Of a DNA stretch of 64,000 nucleotides, positions 1 to 13,919 are shown piece after piece. This stretch comes from the human T2T-CHM13v2.0 reference genome, Homo sapiens. The notes under the pieces are model-generated. The model had not been told where the DNA came from and did no database searches. It was given only the letters and a program-made list of their open reading frames with translations. The stretch lies in NCBI RefSeq assembly GCF_009914755.1, contig NC_060944.1, one strand, 5' to 3'. How positions within the stretch are numbered: the first letter of the stretch is position 1; each line of letters opens with the position of its first letter. Position numbers and translations under genes: made by a program.

Positions 1-2364
1 TACCCATTTCCTCAACTCTAATGTGAGGAGACAGGGCCAGCAGATTTTAAACGTCGATTCAGTTCAATTATTCACTTATTCTGTAACTTGAGAATTAGCT
101 GTGCAACCCTGAAAAACAATGAAAAAGGAAATCTGTAGCAAAAAAAGATAGTGGTGGCACTTTCAGGCAAACAGTAAAGTGATGGAGGGGAAATTGACGG
201 AAGTGAGAATGCAGAAAGTATCATAATGGAAAACGTTTGTGAGCATGGAGAGAAATCCCAGAGACCTGAAACTTCTGCCAGAACCTCCATCAATCCTCCA
301 TCAATCTGTTAATCGTTGTTAACAGATTTCATTAATTCAGCTGAAATAAATTACATGTGCATACTGAGGAAGTAAATGGAAAGGTTCTGCTAAATTTAGG
401 TGGGCAGCATCAAGCCAGTGCTGTGAAGCAATACAGTGACAGACAGAACAAGTTACCTGATGGATTAACTCAGTGCTCTTGGGTTTATTAAAACAGATTT
501 CTTGGGTTGGGGCAGGGGAGATAAGGGAATTATTTATCCCTAGAGGGGCTCCAGACCAGGAGATGTTACTGGGGCATGAGTAGGCTCTGGAGAGCGCTGT
601 GGAAAACTCCTGCTCTCCAGTGTTCCGGACATGGATAATAACCAGGTGTTGTATGCAAAAATAAAAAAGAAAAAGAGAACAAAGTATTTTTTGATGGAAA
701 TCCATGGTCCCAGGGGATATAGACTTACATTCTGTATCATTAATTTATCATTGTATCTCTCTGACTTCATTGTGCGATTTCTGTTTGCATTATTAATTTA
801 GCTAAAGAGTATCTACAGTTCAGTGACTTTTTCAGTTGCATTGAGAGCAGTCTAAATTGGGCTTTTAAAGATACTTCTTTCTGTTCTTTAGGAAGACTTT
901 ATGCAGTTATCACTTCCTTTTTCCTTCAGCAAAATGAATTGAATAAAACTCTCATATTTCTATGAGAAAGTGCTCTGTCTTTGGAAGGTATGGCTCTGAA
1001 ATGATCCTATAATGAGGAAATCAGGCACAATGCTCATTGATCTCAAAGAGCGTAAGAAAACATTTGTAGTCACAAGAAAAAAGAATTTTTATTTAACCTG
1101 TAATTATATGTTTATATTGTAATTCATCCCCCATTTCTTTTTGAGATACTATCCCTTGGAATCTGTAAAGGATGCCTGTTTAAAGCTCTTGGGGCTAAAA
1201 TGTAAACATCTCTAAGTTCAGAGGAATAGATATGGAACAGAGAGATGTAAATTGTATCTTTGTTATTGCTTTATCTATTCCTAGTTTATTATTTTATCAT
1301 TTGTACTGGCCTGATAAAATTTTCATTTAATTGGGTATCTATTTAGAGAATTACTGCCATCTATCATATAGTACTCTGCTGGAGAAAAAAAAATCCATAC
1401 CTAACTGTTACTAAAAATGAGACAGCATATATTAATATTACCTTTCAAAATATTTTGAGGGAAACAAATCAGTTTGGTTATTATTGCCCATTTGTTTTTC
1501 GTATGTCAAAACAAAGCTCAGGCCTATTTTATGTTCAGAGAACTAAGGAAACAGCTTTCTCATTTCATCTCATAGGTGTGTTTCTAATTACAGTGCATAC
1601 CTGCCTAATTTAGAAAATGTTCTGATACTTATCTTTGATGGACCACAATCCATGACTTTTTTAAGGCTTTAATTACTAGCGTACTGAATCAAAGTGCTTT
1701 TTTATGCCTTGCTTTTAAGAAAAAGCCATTTTAAGATTGAATCACTTTCACCAATTATAGTGTGGTGATGATGCAGACATCTTTATGTAGTTATTAGTGC
1801 CAGAGCAAATTGGTTTCTGATCATTGATGTCTGCAGTATATTTTTATTCATAGAAAATGGAATTTGTTTTAAGTTGATGATCTAGCAAGTATGCTCAATT
1901 GCTGTGACGATCAGAATCATGATATTTTGTAGATATCATATAGATAAGAAATCAGTAGGATTGATTTTTTTTTTTGTTTGGGGCAAAACTTCTAAAAGGA
2001 AACACTGTCTAATGTGCTACTTTCATAATAAAGGAATTGTATTTTTGTGATAAAGTATCAAACTGTATACATATATATACACATATACATGTGTATATAT
2101 ATAAAGATTTTATTTCCTAAGTTGATGAAAGTAAAAATCCATCAAATCTTATTTTATTTAAAAATTGTAGCATTTTGTAAAATTCAACTTTTGATATGTG
2201 TCATTTGCAAAATTGTTCATTTTCTAAGATAAGGTGAATTTCTTGGCAACATCAGCTTTTACTTTCTACTTCAATGCTCCCTGTATGTTGTAAAGACCGC
2301 AGTATACAGACAGGTGCTAGTTGTAAAAATATTTATCACAAAATCAAACTTTGTTTATATTTAG

Positions 2365-2454
2365 CTCGAATATGAGACTCAAATTAAGAAGATGCTATGC
2401 TCAAAAGATAGCCTGGGACTAAAAGAGGAACTGACAGATGAAGACAGAGAAAAG
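2365..2454 (+). CDS. KIZ: KIZ internal coding exon (probable exon 4, 90 nt): LEYETQIKKMLCSKDSLGLKEELTDEDREK
   Basis: Acceptor ttgtttatatttAG, donor AAG|GTaata. 30 codons, phase 0/0, in frame with the next exon. Peptide recognised as kizuna. Confidence 0.93.
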
Positions 2455-4760
2455 GTAATAAACTAAATTGGTAACCTTTCTGTTAACAGAGGAATTCTGG
2501 AGTGTTTATATCTTGAGATATTGTTTTAAATAAAATCATCTTATTAGGAAGATCCCTTTGATTAAACCTTACGTGATTATTTAAAGATTTTTGCTTACAG
2601 AATATTGCTTTAATGTCTAATTTAATTAAGTTTGCTGAAAGGGTGTTACTTTGTGAAGAAAGGATAGACTCTAAAGAAAACCTCAGTGTTGTCAGTAGGT
2701 AAAATTGTTTTTCTAAATCATGCCTTGTAGCTGCTCTTTTCTTAGTTTGAGAAGTGTTTTAAATGAAAAGTAAACAAAATATGGCATTTTGATTCTTTTA
2801 TTTGTGCGAATATACATAATTTTGTACATTTTAACCTTTGCACAGAAAACGTGGAAAGAAAAGATTGCATATCTAAGCAATGGACAAAAAGATCGACAAG
2901 GAATACTTAAATAAATTCTGCTATGTATCTGCTATAATGCAGGCTTCTAATCCTCCTGCCTATCTCCATATAAATGATTCTGTTCAAGACCGTAGATGTT
3001 TTCTTCACTAAAAGCAGTAAAGCTCTTTTAGATGAAATGTCTAAAAACATCTTGTAATAACTTGGAGCATGCTGGCAAGAGTAGTCACTTGTGACTTATG
3101 TGTGAAACCCCCTCAGCCAGTCGATATTGTAATAAGCAAAAATGGTAGCATCACTCCATTATTCAGAAAAGCCAACAGCGTGCTTGTTCCTTAGGCTGCA
3201 GCATTCATTAAGAAAAGCTTACTGGGCTGAAAGCTGGAAACAGATGATAACGGGATATGATTTTCATATTTAATGCTTTCCTTGGAAGAGTGTGTGTGCT
3301 ACAGATTGATAGAAGAATCAACTGCTACTTTACTAAAAGACTTTCAGGTTTGCCCTATAGCTACCGATGGAATCATTCAGCCAAGAAATTAACTTTTTCT
3401 CCTTTTACCTGCTTTATATATCTGCTAAGCAGGCTGCCTGGCTGCCAGTAAATGTTATTATGCAGTTAACTGTTGGGTATTTAAGACTCTTATCAGAAAA
3501 GAAACAGAGGCCACACTATTTTGTTTTTATAGTAGGAGGAAGGTTTTAGTTTTTCTTTCTTCCGTGCATTAGCAGGCATTAATCTGAGTTTATAGGAAGT
3601 TTTCGTTTTCCTTCCTCATAGATTAAAAAATTAAAAAAAAAACCCTAGAACTTAGAGCATTCTTTAAACTGTAAGATACAAAACACCAAGCCCCAGCAAC
3701 CTTGACCTATATAAAAAGGCTTTAATGATAAATGACGTATATGCCATTCGATGTAGGCCAAATGTGGTATGATGTGATAGAATTTTAGAGCATTCAGGCA
3801 GTTTTTCTATTTGATATTCGGTCATGAAATAATTGATGTGTTTTAATCTAGAAGCCAGTTAGTTCTTTCTATGCCATTCTTGATAGACATATTCTTAGCA
3901 CGGCAGTGTCAATGGTACTTCAGGAAAACGGAAGCTTTTTTTTTCTTTATTTACCCACTGATTCTTTACCTTGCATGTAGTTGTGGAGTCTCCTTTTAGG
4001 ACATATTTAAAATTAGGGCAAGAGACATACAGTTGACAACCCCTTAAAATGTTACATATAATAATTAGAAGTCTTTTCATTTATATGGAAAGGTGTCATT
4101 TCCTTAAAAGCTTTGACTATTGGCTGTATAAGAATCGATTAGGTAACACTTTGAGAAATTTATATTTTGCATTTTCTAATTTTCCATTGATGTTCAACCA
4201 ATTAAAAGGTAAATACATTTCAGCAAAATCATGTTTTAGTTAATCCTTATACTAATTCCTGAACCATTCCTTATCATATGAGTTATGGCTTATTGTTTAG
4301 TGGAAATCCAAGCTTCTCTTCTTTGGGCAGTCATATGAATTGGTCTTGGTCATTGACCTCCAGGGCCTTTCCTGAAGCATAGTACAGTCACTGGTTGAAT
4401 CAATAAATAGTTGTTAAGCATCAGTTCTCTTTGAGAAGCAACAGTAGGCCCCTCTATGAAGGCCACAATTTTCTTACCTTCAGAGTGCTTCTCAGAAAGC
4501 AATGTTCTTTCTAAGGCACAGAATAGTGTGTGATAAAGTGCCAGTCACGTGGGACAAACATGAGCAATGAGAAGAAAGAAGATTCTGCTTCCTGTGAATT
4601 GAGTAATCCCAGCCCTGGTGGAGGAGGTGGTGTGTGAGCTGGCATAGAAGGATGTGCAGGATGCCAGTCAGTGGTAGAAAATGAGCTTGGAAAGCTACCT
4701 TGTGGGATTTGGTACCTGGAACTATGGTCCCAGGCTAAGAACTGAGATTTCCTCCTGGAA

Positions 4761-4762
<2 letters not shown>

Positions 4763-4808
<46 letters not shown>
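4763..4808. repeat. (TG)23 microsatellite
   Basis: Direct read of an uninterrupted TG run. Confidence 0.97.
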
Positions 4809-4809
<1 letters not shown>

Positions 4810-5814
4810 CAGCAGATGAAGGAAGGACTTGTGAGCAGAGCAGTCACATCCCATGTGTGCAGCTGCGGGAAGATGAGGCTGGCAGTGCTGTGCAGGATGA
4901 GCCTGGGGAGGAGTACGTGGAACTGAGGAAATCAGGCTCCATTCAGACAGGAGGAATTAACAGAATGGAGGACCTGTATTGGGGATGGCCATTGAGGTGG
5001 AAAACACTAACAAAGGGGAGAGGATCTATCAAATTGGTGATCATTCTGAATTATAAAAAGGTATTTTTTAAGTGGCTATACAGCTTTCAACCATAGGCAG
5101 TAACTTGGATGCCAAGAAAAGTCATCAAGTGGTGTGTGTCCATTTTTTAAATATAAAAACTCTGGCTCAGTTTTGGTGTAGGACATCTATTATTTGCTTG
5201 CATCCAGTAGTTGCTCTTTAGAATCATACATTCGCTTAGAAGGATTAATAGTTAGTCTGTTCATCTGCCATGCTTGTTTCCACTATTAATTTACTTAGTC
5301 AGCTTACAAAAAATGTGTCTTACCAAAAAGGCACATTTCAAGCCCCACTCAGATCCTCACAAATTTTACTATAGTAATTCTTCACCTCTATTATATATAT
5401 TGTTATTTTTTATTTTGGGGGCAAACTCTGTTTCCAGACATGTTCTTCTGGTTGAAGAACGGTGACTAGAGAATATACATAAAAACACATAAAAATGTAT
5501 GTCCTCAAGAAAGATTGAGATGGCGTTTTTGAATGACAGTATACATTTGGGGATAGGGTTGTAAGGTTTCTTTGAACTATTATGCTGTGAAATATATTCT
5601 ACTAGAAATAGAAGCAAACTGATCATACTCTGTCAGGGATGGATAGGTGTGGAGGACCAGGGAATTTCATCACAGAGCTGAAGGCTTGTTGAGGAGCTTC
5701 ACTTCCACTGTGGTAACCCTCCCTGCAAGGATCAGGTGGGAGAATGGTTATAAAGGTGTTATTCCCACTTTTAATACTGGTAGTAACAATGGGTAATAAT
5801 CACTGCACTTTTAC

Positions 5815-6010
5815 TTTGCTAGGTGCTGCGTTAACACTTTATGTGTATCAACTCATTTAATCTTCTCAACAACCCTGGAAGTAGAGGATATTGTTGTCCC
5901 CATTTTATAGTAAGGCTCAGAAAATTTAGTTAACTTGCCGAAAACTACACAACCAGGCAGAACCAATATTCAAACCCAGACCACTGGACTTCAGCATCCA
6001 TGCTGTTAAC
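5815..6010. mobile_element. MIR SINE
   Basis: MIR core: ctcatttaatcttctcaacaaccctggaagtag...cccattttatag...aggctcaga...ttaacttgcc. Confidence 0.8.
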
Positions 6011-6669
6011 CACCTTGCAGCAATGCCCTCTAAGGTAGTATGGGTAAAAGATAGTATGGGTAGCTCTTCAAAAGTTGGAGAAATTCCTGGTGAAATAAAA
6101 ACAACTTTAAATACTGCATTTTTACCTAGACTTGAGGGAGGAAATGGTCTTCCTTGGTGCTGTAGTATTTGAGCTGAATCAGGTGAGCCATGGCAAGCTG
6201 AGGACCCGCCCCCTAAACTGCCCATGTTTGCAATAAAAGAAGCGTCCGTTTCGGTTGGCTTTGTTGGGCAGAAGAAATGCCTTACAACTCGACTGAAGAA
6301 GAACTTGAAGGGAGAAAGCCTGCACGGCCACAGGAGGCAGCTGTGTGCCTGGTATGCAGGGATGAGCTCTGCAGTGGCTTTAGCCACGGATCTGAGCATG
6401 TGTCCGAGGTGCTCCCAGGAGCAGTGCCACTGCAGGAGAGGCACACGACAGAGAAGACAGCACCCCAGTATGAGATGATGGAAAGGGTTCTTCCATTCCA
6501 GATGTGTTCCCAGGATCTGAGCACCATTCATAAGACCAAGGCAGCCACTGTAGGACCTGGCTCATCTCCAAGGAGTAAAGGGACCAGATACCTTGTGTGG
6601 GGGAAACTTGATTGAAATAAATATTGCAGCAAGGGAGAAAGGAATCCTAAAACTATACTGAAAGAGCAA

Positions 6670-7090
6670 GTGACTTAGGTTGGAATCCCCTGGGAAGGAC
6701 CCTAACACAAGGATTTGAGTGTAAGTAGTTTATATGGGAGGTGGTCCCAGGAAGCACAGATAGAAAAGAGAGGAAGATGGCATGGGGAAGGGAAAGCGGG
6801 CTGTAAGAGTGTGTGATTGAGTGGGTTATCACTCATAGCACCTGGTGCTCAGTCCCATTGGGGAACCTTGGATGACTGCGTAGGGCATGCCTCAGGGATA
6901 TCCCATTCAAGGAGTAGGAAAGGGAGGTTTTTCCCCTCCAGGTCTGTCACTACCAGAGTGCCACGCCTGGCTCCTCTTCTGGTGCTGCACAGCAGCTGAG
7001 AGAAACGCTTGGGCCAAGAGGCACAGGTGCTTAGAGGAGGACACTGGGCAGGTACTGGAATGATGAGGGCCCAGGGATATGGGCCCGCCC
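6670..7090. mobile_element. Old ERVL-type LTR fragment (LTR33-like)
   Basis: ttaggttgg...accct...acaaggatttgagtgtaagtagtttatatgggaggtggtcccaggaagcac resembles the recalled consensus. Confidence 0.5.
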
Positions 7091-7827
7091 TCTCACACCT
7101 GCTAAGGGAAATAACAGTGGGTGGAGGAGGTAGAGGTTATTCCTTTGAGTTCTCTGTATAAGCCCGATTTCTTATCCTTATTAGCCCACAGTGCCACCTT
7201 CACCAGCAGCCTCCTTGAATCACTGCTCAACTATAAACAACACAAAAATCTCCCTAGACGGGGGCTCTGAGCAGTTGCCTTCACGGGGAACGTGGCCCTC
7301 GGTTCTGCCATTCTCAAAGTTATGGCTGTACTTGATTTAGACAGAGCCATGACAAGTCAAAAAGTAGCCTCTCTGTGTTCAGCTGGACCTTTTTATATTA
7401 ACTGATTTCTTATTTATATGTGTTTGTATTCAGAAAACAATTAGAAATTAACCCGAATTACACAAATTGTATTTCAAGCCCTGGCCCTAAAACTACATCT
7501 GCAGATCTGCAGACCTTTTTTTCAAGAGAGGGTAGAACATGCTCTTCTCTCCCAGCTCACTTGACAGTAAGCTTCCACATGGCAGGGCCCAGCCCCTTCT
7601 TGCCTGCCACACCACCCCACAGCACCCTGCACCTGGTGAGTGATGATAACCTGCTGACCTGAAAGGAGGAAGAGGGGTGGGCTGCTCTCTGAGTGAAGGG
7701 TACTCCCCATTTCATGTGGTGTTCGAGGGCAGATGACATTTGGACTCTCCACTCCTGCTTTTGGGGGTGCCTTCCAAGGAGCTGGTGGGGAGTGTGGCTC
7801 TGATGGACAGCTCCCCCATGGGTCTTT

Positions 7828-8010
7828 CAGGCACTATTCTAAGGATTTTATATAATATAGGCGTATAGAAATACACATTGGTTACAGCAACCTTACAAAA
7901 TAAGAACTATTTTAATACCCATTTTACAGATTAAGAAATGGGAGCTCAAATAAGTAACTTAATTTCTTAGTCACACAGCTAGTAAGTGGCATACTGGTCT
8001 GGAGTCTTAA
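7828..8010. mobile_element. MIR SINE
   Basis: cccattttacagattaagaaatgggagctc...gtcacacagctagtaagtggca. Confidence 0.75.
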
Positions 8011-10403
8011 TAAATACATCAGTCTGCTTTTCAGTTACTGGAAGAAAGGATTTACTTAGGAAAATGGTGGGAGAGGGCCTTTTTTAAAGGTATTAGCTAC
8101 TCTCTCATAGTCAAGAAGGAAAGACAGTATTTTTATAACTTACCCATTGTGGGGACATTTGGCTAGCCAGCTGTCTTCCTTTGCTCTTCTCTGTGGCAGT
8201 ATTCTGTGGCAAGTGTATTATGTGACAGAGGCTCTAACAAGTGAGAAAATCGTATTCACAGATAGAGGTGCCTATCGTGTAGTGGAATGAGGGGGAAGAG
8301 AAAAAAAGTGGATGAGAAGGGGAAAAGAAACGTAAGTCAATTTAACAAGAAAAAGATAAATTTTTGTGGGGAAACACTGTTTCTTTTCTCCTTTTGATAG
8401 TAGAAAAGGATTTATAGAAGCTCCATAGGAGAACGAGTATTGAGTTCTTGTTCTTTAGAAGACTTTCCAAATTCATATAGTCCATGAAATACTGTATTAT
8501 TAGAAAAAGATATACTTCATGCAGTCTTAAAAAAAAAGTTAGTGCCTAGAACTTTCTTGGAAAAGAATCTGGTAGTAACAGTCACGATGAATACACACAT
8601 ATGCTTTGTGCCAGCAGTCCCACTTTTGGTAATCTGTGCCCTAGAAAGAAAATCTTTTGTTCAAAACGGCAAAAATATAGTCTGCGTGTTGCAACATTAT
8701 TTGTAGCAGCAAAAACACAGAAGCAGCCTGAATGAGCAGCTGCAGAGGAGAGGCTGAGCTAGGGAGAGAGAGCACCCTCATGATCAAGTATTCTGCATAT
8801 GGCGCCCAGAATCCAGTGCATTCCTCATGATCTGGGCAGCGTCCAAGGAATATTATTAAGAGAGCAAAGCAGGTTGCGGAGAGTTGCTTACAACATGCTC
8901 TCACTTTGTACAAGTGGCCAAACCTTACCAGCAAGGAATTAGTTGTCCTGGGTTTGAAGGAAGGTGTGAATAGGCATCCTAACTGGTTTGCTTCAGTTAC
9001 TTCATGGAGGGGAGAGGGAGGCAATGAGCTGGGGAAAATAAGTAACTTGTTCTTTACATCCCTTTGCCTTATGTCTCATTTCTATAATTTAATAATTTTT
9101 ATACGATTTTAAAAATTAAACCTATGAAGAAGGGATGAGCAGGTGGTTAGTTCATTTTAGGAAGAAGGAGCCTGCTTGTGGTTGAGACTGTTCTTTTAAT
9201 TGTGGGGGAGTGTGAGTTGCTTACGTCCTTACTCAAATCCCTCCGAATTATAGAAAATTGGAGGTGCCTTTCTATCCCTCTGATGTAGTTCTGCATATTT
9301 CTTTTGTGAATGGAGATCTCTAAGAGAGTTTTATCCTGAGTTACCCTATTTGGGGATGGTGGAGCATATACAGGGGATATTGAGTTGTATTATAAAAAGA
9401 AAGGGCTGTTACCTTGACAGTTTTAGGTATTTGTTAAGCCTCTTAGGAAGTGTTACTTGAAAACCATAACTTAACTTTGTATTACTTTGACCAAGACAAT
9501 TGCTTAGGCCTACGGATGTGAAACAGTGGTTTTGGGGTGTTCTGTTTATTTTGTGAAAGTTACCTGCTGTCACTATTTTGGAATGCCGAATTTCTCTTGA
9601 AGCTCATACCTGCTTTTCTCTTACTCTTCCATTTACCCCACATAGACTAGGTTTTATTTATCATATACAAGTTCTATTCAGGGTCTATCTTAGTGAGATC
9701 AGATTTTGAGTTATTTGAAGTTAGAAATTAGGCACAGGCTTCAGATTCACTATTAGGGATTTTTATGTTTGTTTTTAAAAGCTGTGGTTCAGTAATGCAA
9801 TTTGAGTTTGACTGACTCAGTTTTGAATATTGTAGCATAAGAGGTTTGCATTGGAGTCCTGGTATCTGAGTTTAAATCCTGGCTCTGTGAACATGGACAA
9901 GTTGCTCAACCTGGCTAAGTCTCATAAGAGTAGGGCTAATAATAATGATTGTTTTCATAATATAAATCTCTTAGCTCCTCCTTGTCACCTCGTACATGCT
10001 TGATAAATGTTCCCTGCTCTTGATGCCACCGTCACCACCATCATTACCATTGTTGTTCTCCACTAGGGTAGCCTTACTTTGATCCTGGATTCTTGCCACT
10101 TATTTAAGATAGTGAAGAGGTTGGTGTGGGGGTAGGGAGACTACCTATGAATTGAAGAAATAGGAGGTAATAGCACTTGATGGTGACAATTCGTAAAGAT
10201 TGATTTTGTGCAAGATAATTTACAGAATACACCATTAAAGCCTAATTTAACAGATATATCTTAAATTTAGATAGTTCCAATAACTGTTGAATTTCATGGC
10301 CAGAGATATCTCTCGATGGTCTAAGTTGTGAGATTTTGGTGATGACTACATTTGTCATGGTGGCAACATGTAAGAAGAAGACTTAAAAATCACAATGGCA
10401 TAC

Positions 10404-10781
10404 TGTATTAGTTTGCTAGGGCTGCCATAACAAAATACCACAAACTGGGTGGCTTAAACAACAGAAATGTGTTTTTTGAAGTTCTGGAGGCTGGAAGTCC
10501 AAGATCAAGGTGCCAACAGGGTCGCTTTCTGGTGAGGCCTTTCTCCTTGAGTCATAGAAGGGGCCTTCTCACTGTGTCCTCATGTGCCTTTTCTCTCTGT
10601 GCATGAACTGAGAGATCATTGGTATCTCTTCCTCTTATAAGGACACCAATTCTATTGGATTAAGGTCCCACCATTATGACATAATTTAACCTTCATTACC
10701 TCCTTTAAGGCCCTATCCTTTAAGCCACAGTGGGGATTGGGACTTCAACATATGAATTGGACACAATTCAGTGTGTGATAC
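10404..10781 (-). mobile_element. MaLR solo LTR (MLT1A-like)
   Basis: tgtattagtttgctagggctgccataacaaaataccacaaactgggtggcttaaac...ttctggaggctggaagtccaagatcaaggtg. Confidence 0.85.
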
Positions 10782-11867
10782 GTGTATCATGTAAAATATG
10801 TATAATAATTTTATAATAAACATATAACTTCAGGATTGTTGGATGTAAATTATTGTTAATGGATTTTTAAAAATCTTCTCAATGTGACTTAAGAACTTGC
10901 TTACATAGAAATTAAAAACAATAATTGTACCATGTGAGAAGCTGAAAATTTGGTCTAACAGCTTCATTTCCGTTCTGCATTTAACTTGCTGCTTCTCATT
11001 CCCTTGTCTGTGAAGATAATAAGAAGAAGAAAAATAAAGATTTCCTTAGCATTTTGCAAAACATGAAGTGTAACTTTTTTTTCAAAGTATACTAGTGGTT
11101 GAGGTCTGCCTTTAAATGCTGTAGTTCATAATGATTAAGACATCATTACAGTTCTAAACTTGTTGATCTCTTCTTATGCTCACTCCTCTTCTTTCCCCCA
11201 GTAAAGATGAATTCCTGATTTTTAAAAGTTATCTTCTGTTCACTAATAAATATTTTCAGTCATGTTCATGTGCTTTGCTATTGCTTCCCACAACTCCCAA
11301 CATTTTTCAAGACTGCAGATGAATAACTGTGACAAGAAGAGAAGAAAACTGAACTAAAATCTTGGATTATAGATTTATCTCTAGCACTCAACTACAGAAA
11401 GTAATAGGAAGGTGTGGAAAAGTTGGTCATTATGTCAGATCCTTAAATACTGATACATGCTGCTGCTTTTGGCAATAACATCTGTCTCTCAAAAACTTTT
11501 GAATTCCTAATATTATTCCTGTGTCAACAATAATGTGAAACATGGCATTCTGTTTTCAGCTTCCCTGGCTCAGAAACTGCTTTGAGAAGACACATAATAG
11601 TGTTCAGAATTTAAGATTAAAGAGTACTCTGTTTCCTGTTGCTAAGCTAATAAAATGACAGACTTTTAAAAAAGAAGAGACACCTGTCTTAGAGCCTGAT
11701 CTCAGCAAATGGGAAACCTGCCAGCCTACAGAAACTCAGCTTACATTTCACTGGAGCCAGTATTTTACTTTGCAAGTGTGGAGCTAGTTCAAATGCAGCA
11801 TTGTCTTATAGTGAGCAGCAGTTAATTTTTGCAAGTTTCTCATTTTTTGTTATAAAAGTTTATATAA

Positions 11868-12530
11868 TTGCCGGTGGGAATGTAAAATGTTGCAAACGCT
11901 TTGGAAAACAGTTTGGCAGTTCCTGAAAAAGTTAAACATATAGTTACCGTACGAGGCAACAGTTTCATTCATAGCATAGCATTCAAGCATAGCAGCTTGC
12001 TGTGTACAAGATTGGACACCAAAAGTGGACAAAAGTTTATAGCAGCATTATTCATAGTAGCCAAAAAGTGGACACAATTTACATGTTCTCATCTGATGAA
12101 TGGATAAACAAACTACAGTATATCCTTAAAATAGAATATTATTCAGCCATGAAAAGGAATAAAATACTGATAAATGCCACAAAATGGATAAACCTTGAAA
12201 ACATTGTGCTAAGTGAAAGAAACCAATCAAAAAAAGACAACATATTATACGATTCCACTTACATATTCATAAAATGTGCAGAATAAGCGGATTTTTACAA
12301 ACAGAAAGTAGATTAATGGCTGCCTAGGGCTGGGGACTGACTGGGGAGGATGGGGAGTTACGCTAAAAGGTATGGGGTTTCTTGTTGGAGTGATGAAAAA
12401 AATGTTCCAAAATTGATTGTGGTGATGGTCGCACAACTCTGCGAATATACTAAAAACCCACTGAATTGTATGCTTTTAAAAGGATAAGTTTTATGGTATG
12501 TGAATTATATCTCAGTAAAATGGTTTTCAA
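11868..12530 (+). mobile_element. Old L1 (L1MB-type) 3' end
   Basis: ggtgggaatgtaaaatg...ttggaaaacagtttggcagtt...gaatggataaac...tgtgaattatatctc. Confidence 0.85.
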
Positions 12531-13218
12531 AAGTTTAAATTTACCGTATCTAAGTATTTTTGTTATGACATAGTCTTTATTTGCCTCATTTTTATGACTT
12601 CATGACCTTTCCCTATTTTATAGTCATATAAGTTGCTTCCAACTTTTTATGATTTGAAATAATGCTCTACGTGAACTTGTTTGTCCACATAGCTGCTTTT
12701 TCTATTAGCTTTATTTCCTTATTATGATGGATTTCCATATAGAATTACTGAATCAAAGCAACAAGCATGGTTAGGACTTTTGATGCCAGATTCTTTCCTA
12801 CGAGGATTCTGCCCATGTATTCAGCCACCAGCGGTGTGACAGCTTCTATTTCACCTAACCTTCCTCAGTACTGGGGGGTTATAATTTTTAAAAATCATCT
12901 TTATTTTACAATAATTTTAGATTTGCAGAAAAGTTGCAGAGATAGTACAAAGTGTTCCCTTGGATCCCTCACCTAGTTTCCACCATTGTTACCATCTTAC
13001 ATTACCATGCCACACTTGGCAAATCTAGGAAACCAACACAGATACATTACTGTTAACTGAACTCTAGACTTGATTCAGATATTGCCAGTTTTTCCATTAA
13101 TGTCTTCTTTTTTTGCTGTTCCAGGACCCAATCCAGGATTGTTATAATTTTAATTTTTAAAAATTCAATATAATGTTTATAGAATGGTATTACATTGTTA
13201 TCAGTCTTAGACGTAGGG

Positions 13219-13415
13219 TTATAATGGAGCTGAAAAAATTCCTGTTGCCTAATGACTTAACATTGTAGTGTAATGCATTCCTGACATGTTTGTGGTGATG
13301 CTGGTGTCAACAAACCTAGTGTGCTGCCAGTTGTATGAAAGTATAGCAGAAACAATTATGTATAGTATATAATACTTGGTGATAATAATAATAAATGACT
13401 TTGTTACTGGCTTAT
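13219..13415 (+). mobile_element. Tigger3-type DNA transposon fragment
   Basis: ttataatggagctgaaaaattcc...tttgtggtgatgctggtgtcaacaaacct. Confidence 0.7.
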
Positions 13416-13790
13416 TATTGGCCCAATTGACAAAATTGGATTATGGGTTGTGGAATAGAAAACAAGATAATATCAATGTTAAATTTTCTGATTCTGATCA
13501 TGAACTGTGCTCAAGAAAGAGCGTGTCTCTGTGCTTTTGGAAATGCTCACTGAAGTGCTTAGTGGTAGATAGGCAGGGTGTCCCAACTTACCCTCAAATG
13601 GTTCAGAAAAAAATCATAGCTTATATTTAGGTATACACACATACAGAGACAAACACATATATGTAGAGGGAGAGAAAATGATAAATGGGATAAAATGTAA
13701 ACATTTGGTAAATCTGGCTAAACACTGTTAGGGGAGTGTTTTGTATTATTTTTGCAATGTTTCTGTAAGTGTAAAATTATATCAAAGTAA

Positions 13791-13919
13791 AGCCACGCAT
13801 GCTGATGCACACCTGCAGTCCCAGCTACTTGGGAGACTGAGGCAGGAGGGTCACTTGAGTCCAGGAGTTCGAGTCCACCCTGGGCAACATAGACCACATC
13901 TCTATAAATAAAAAAAAAA
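13791..13919 (+). mobile_element. Alu monomer (FLAM-like)
   Basis: Single Alu arm with A-tail. Confidence 0.85.

Noticed and set aside
5926-6615. Cluster of overlapping ORFs up to 201 aa on both strands
   Set aside because: No recognisable domain, partly runs into a MIR, and has no exon structure consistent with KIZ phases. Expected by chance in a GC-richer patch.
11945-12045. Scrambled segment within the L1MB (atagc repeats, possible micro-inversion tgtgtacaag)
   Set aside because: Too short and diverged to resolve by eye.
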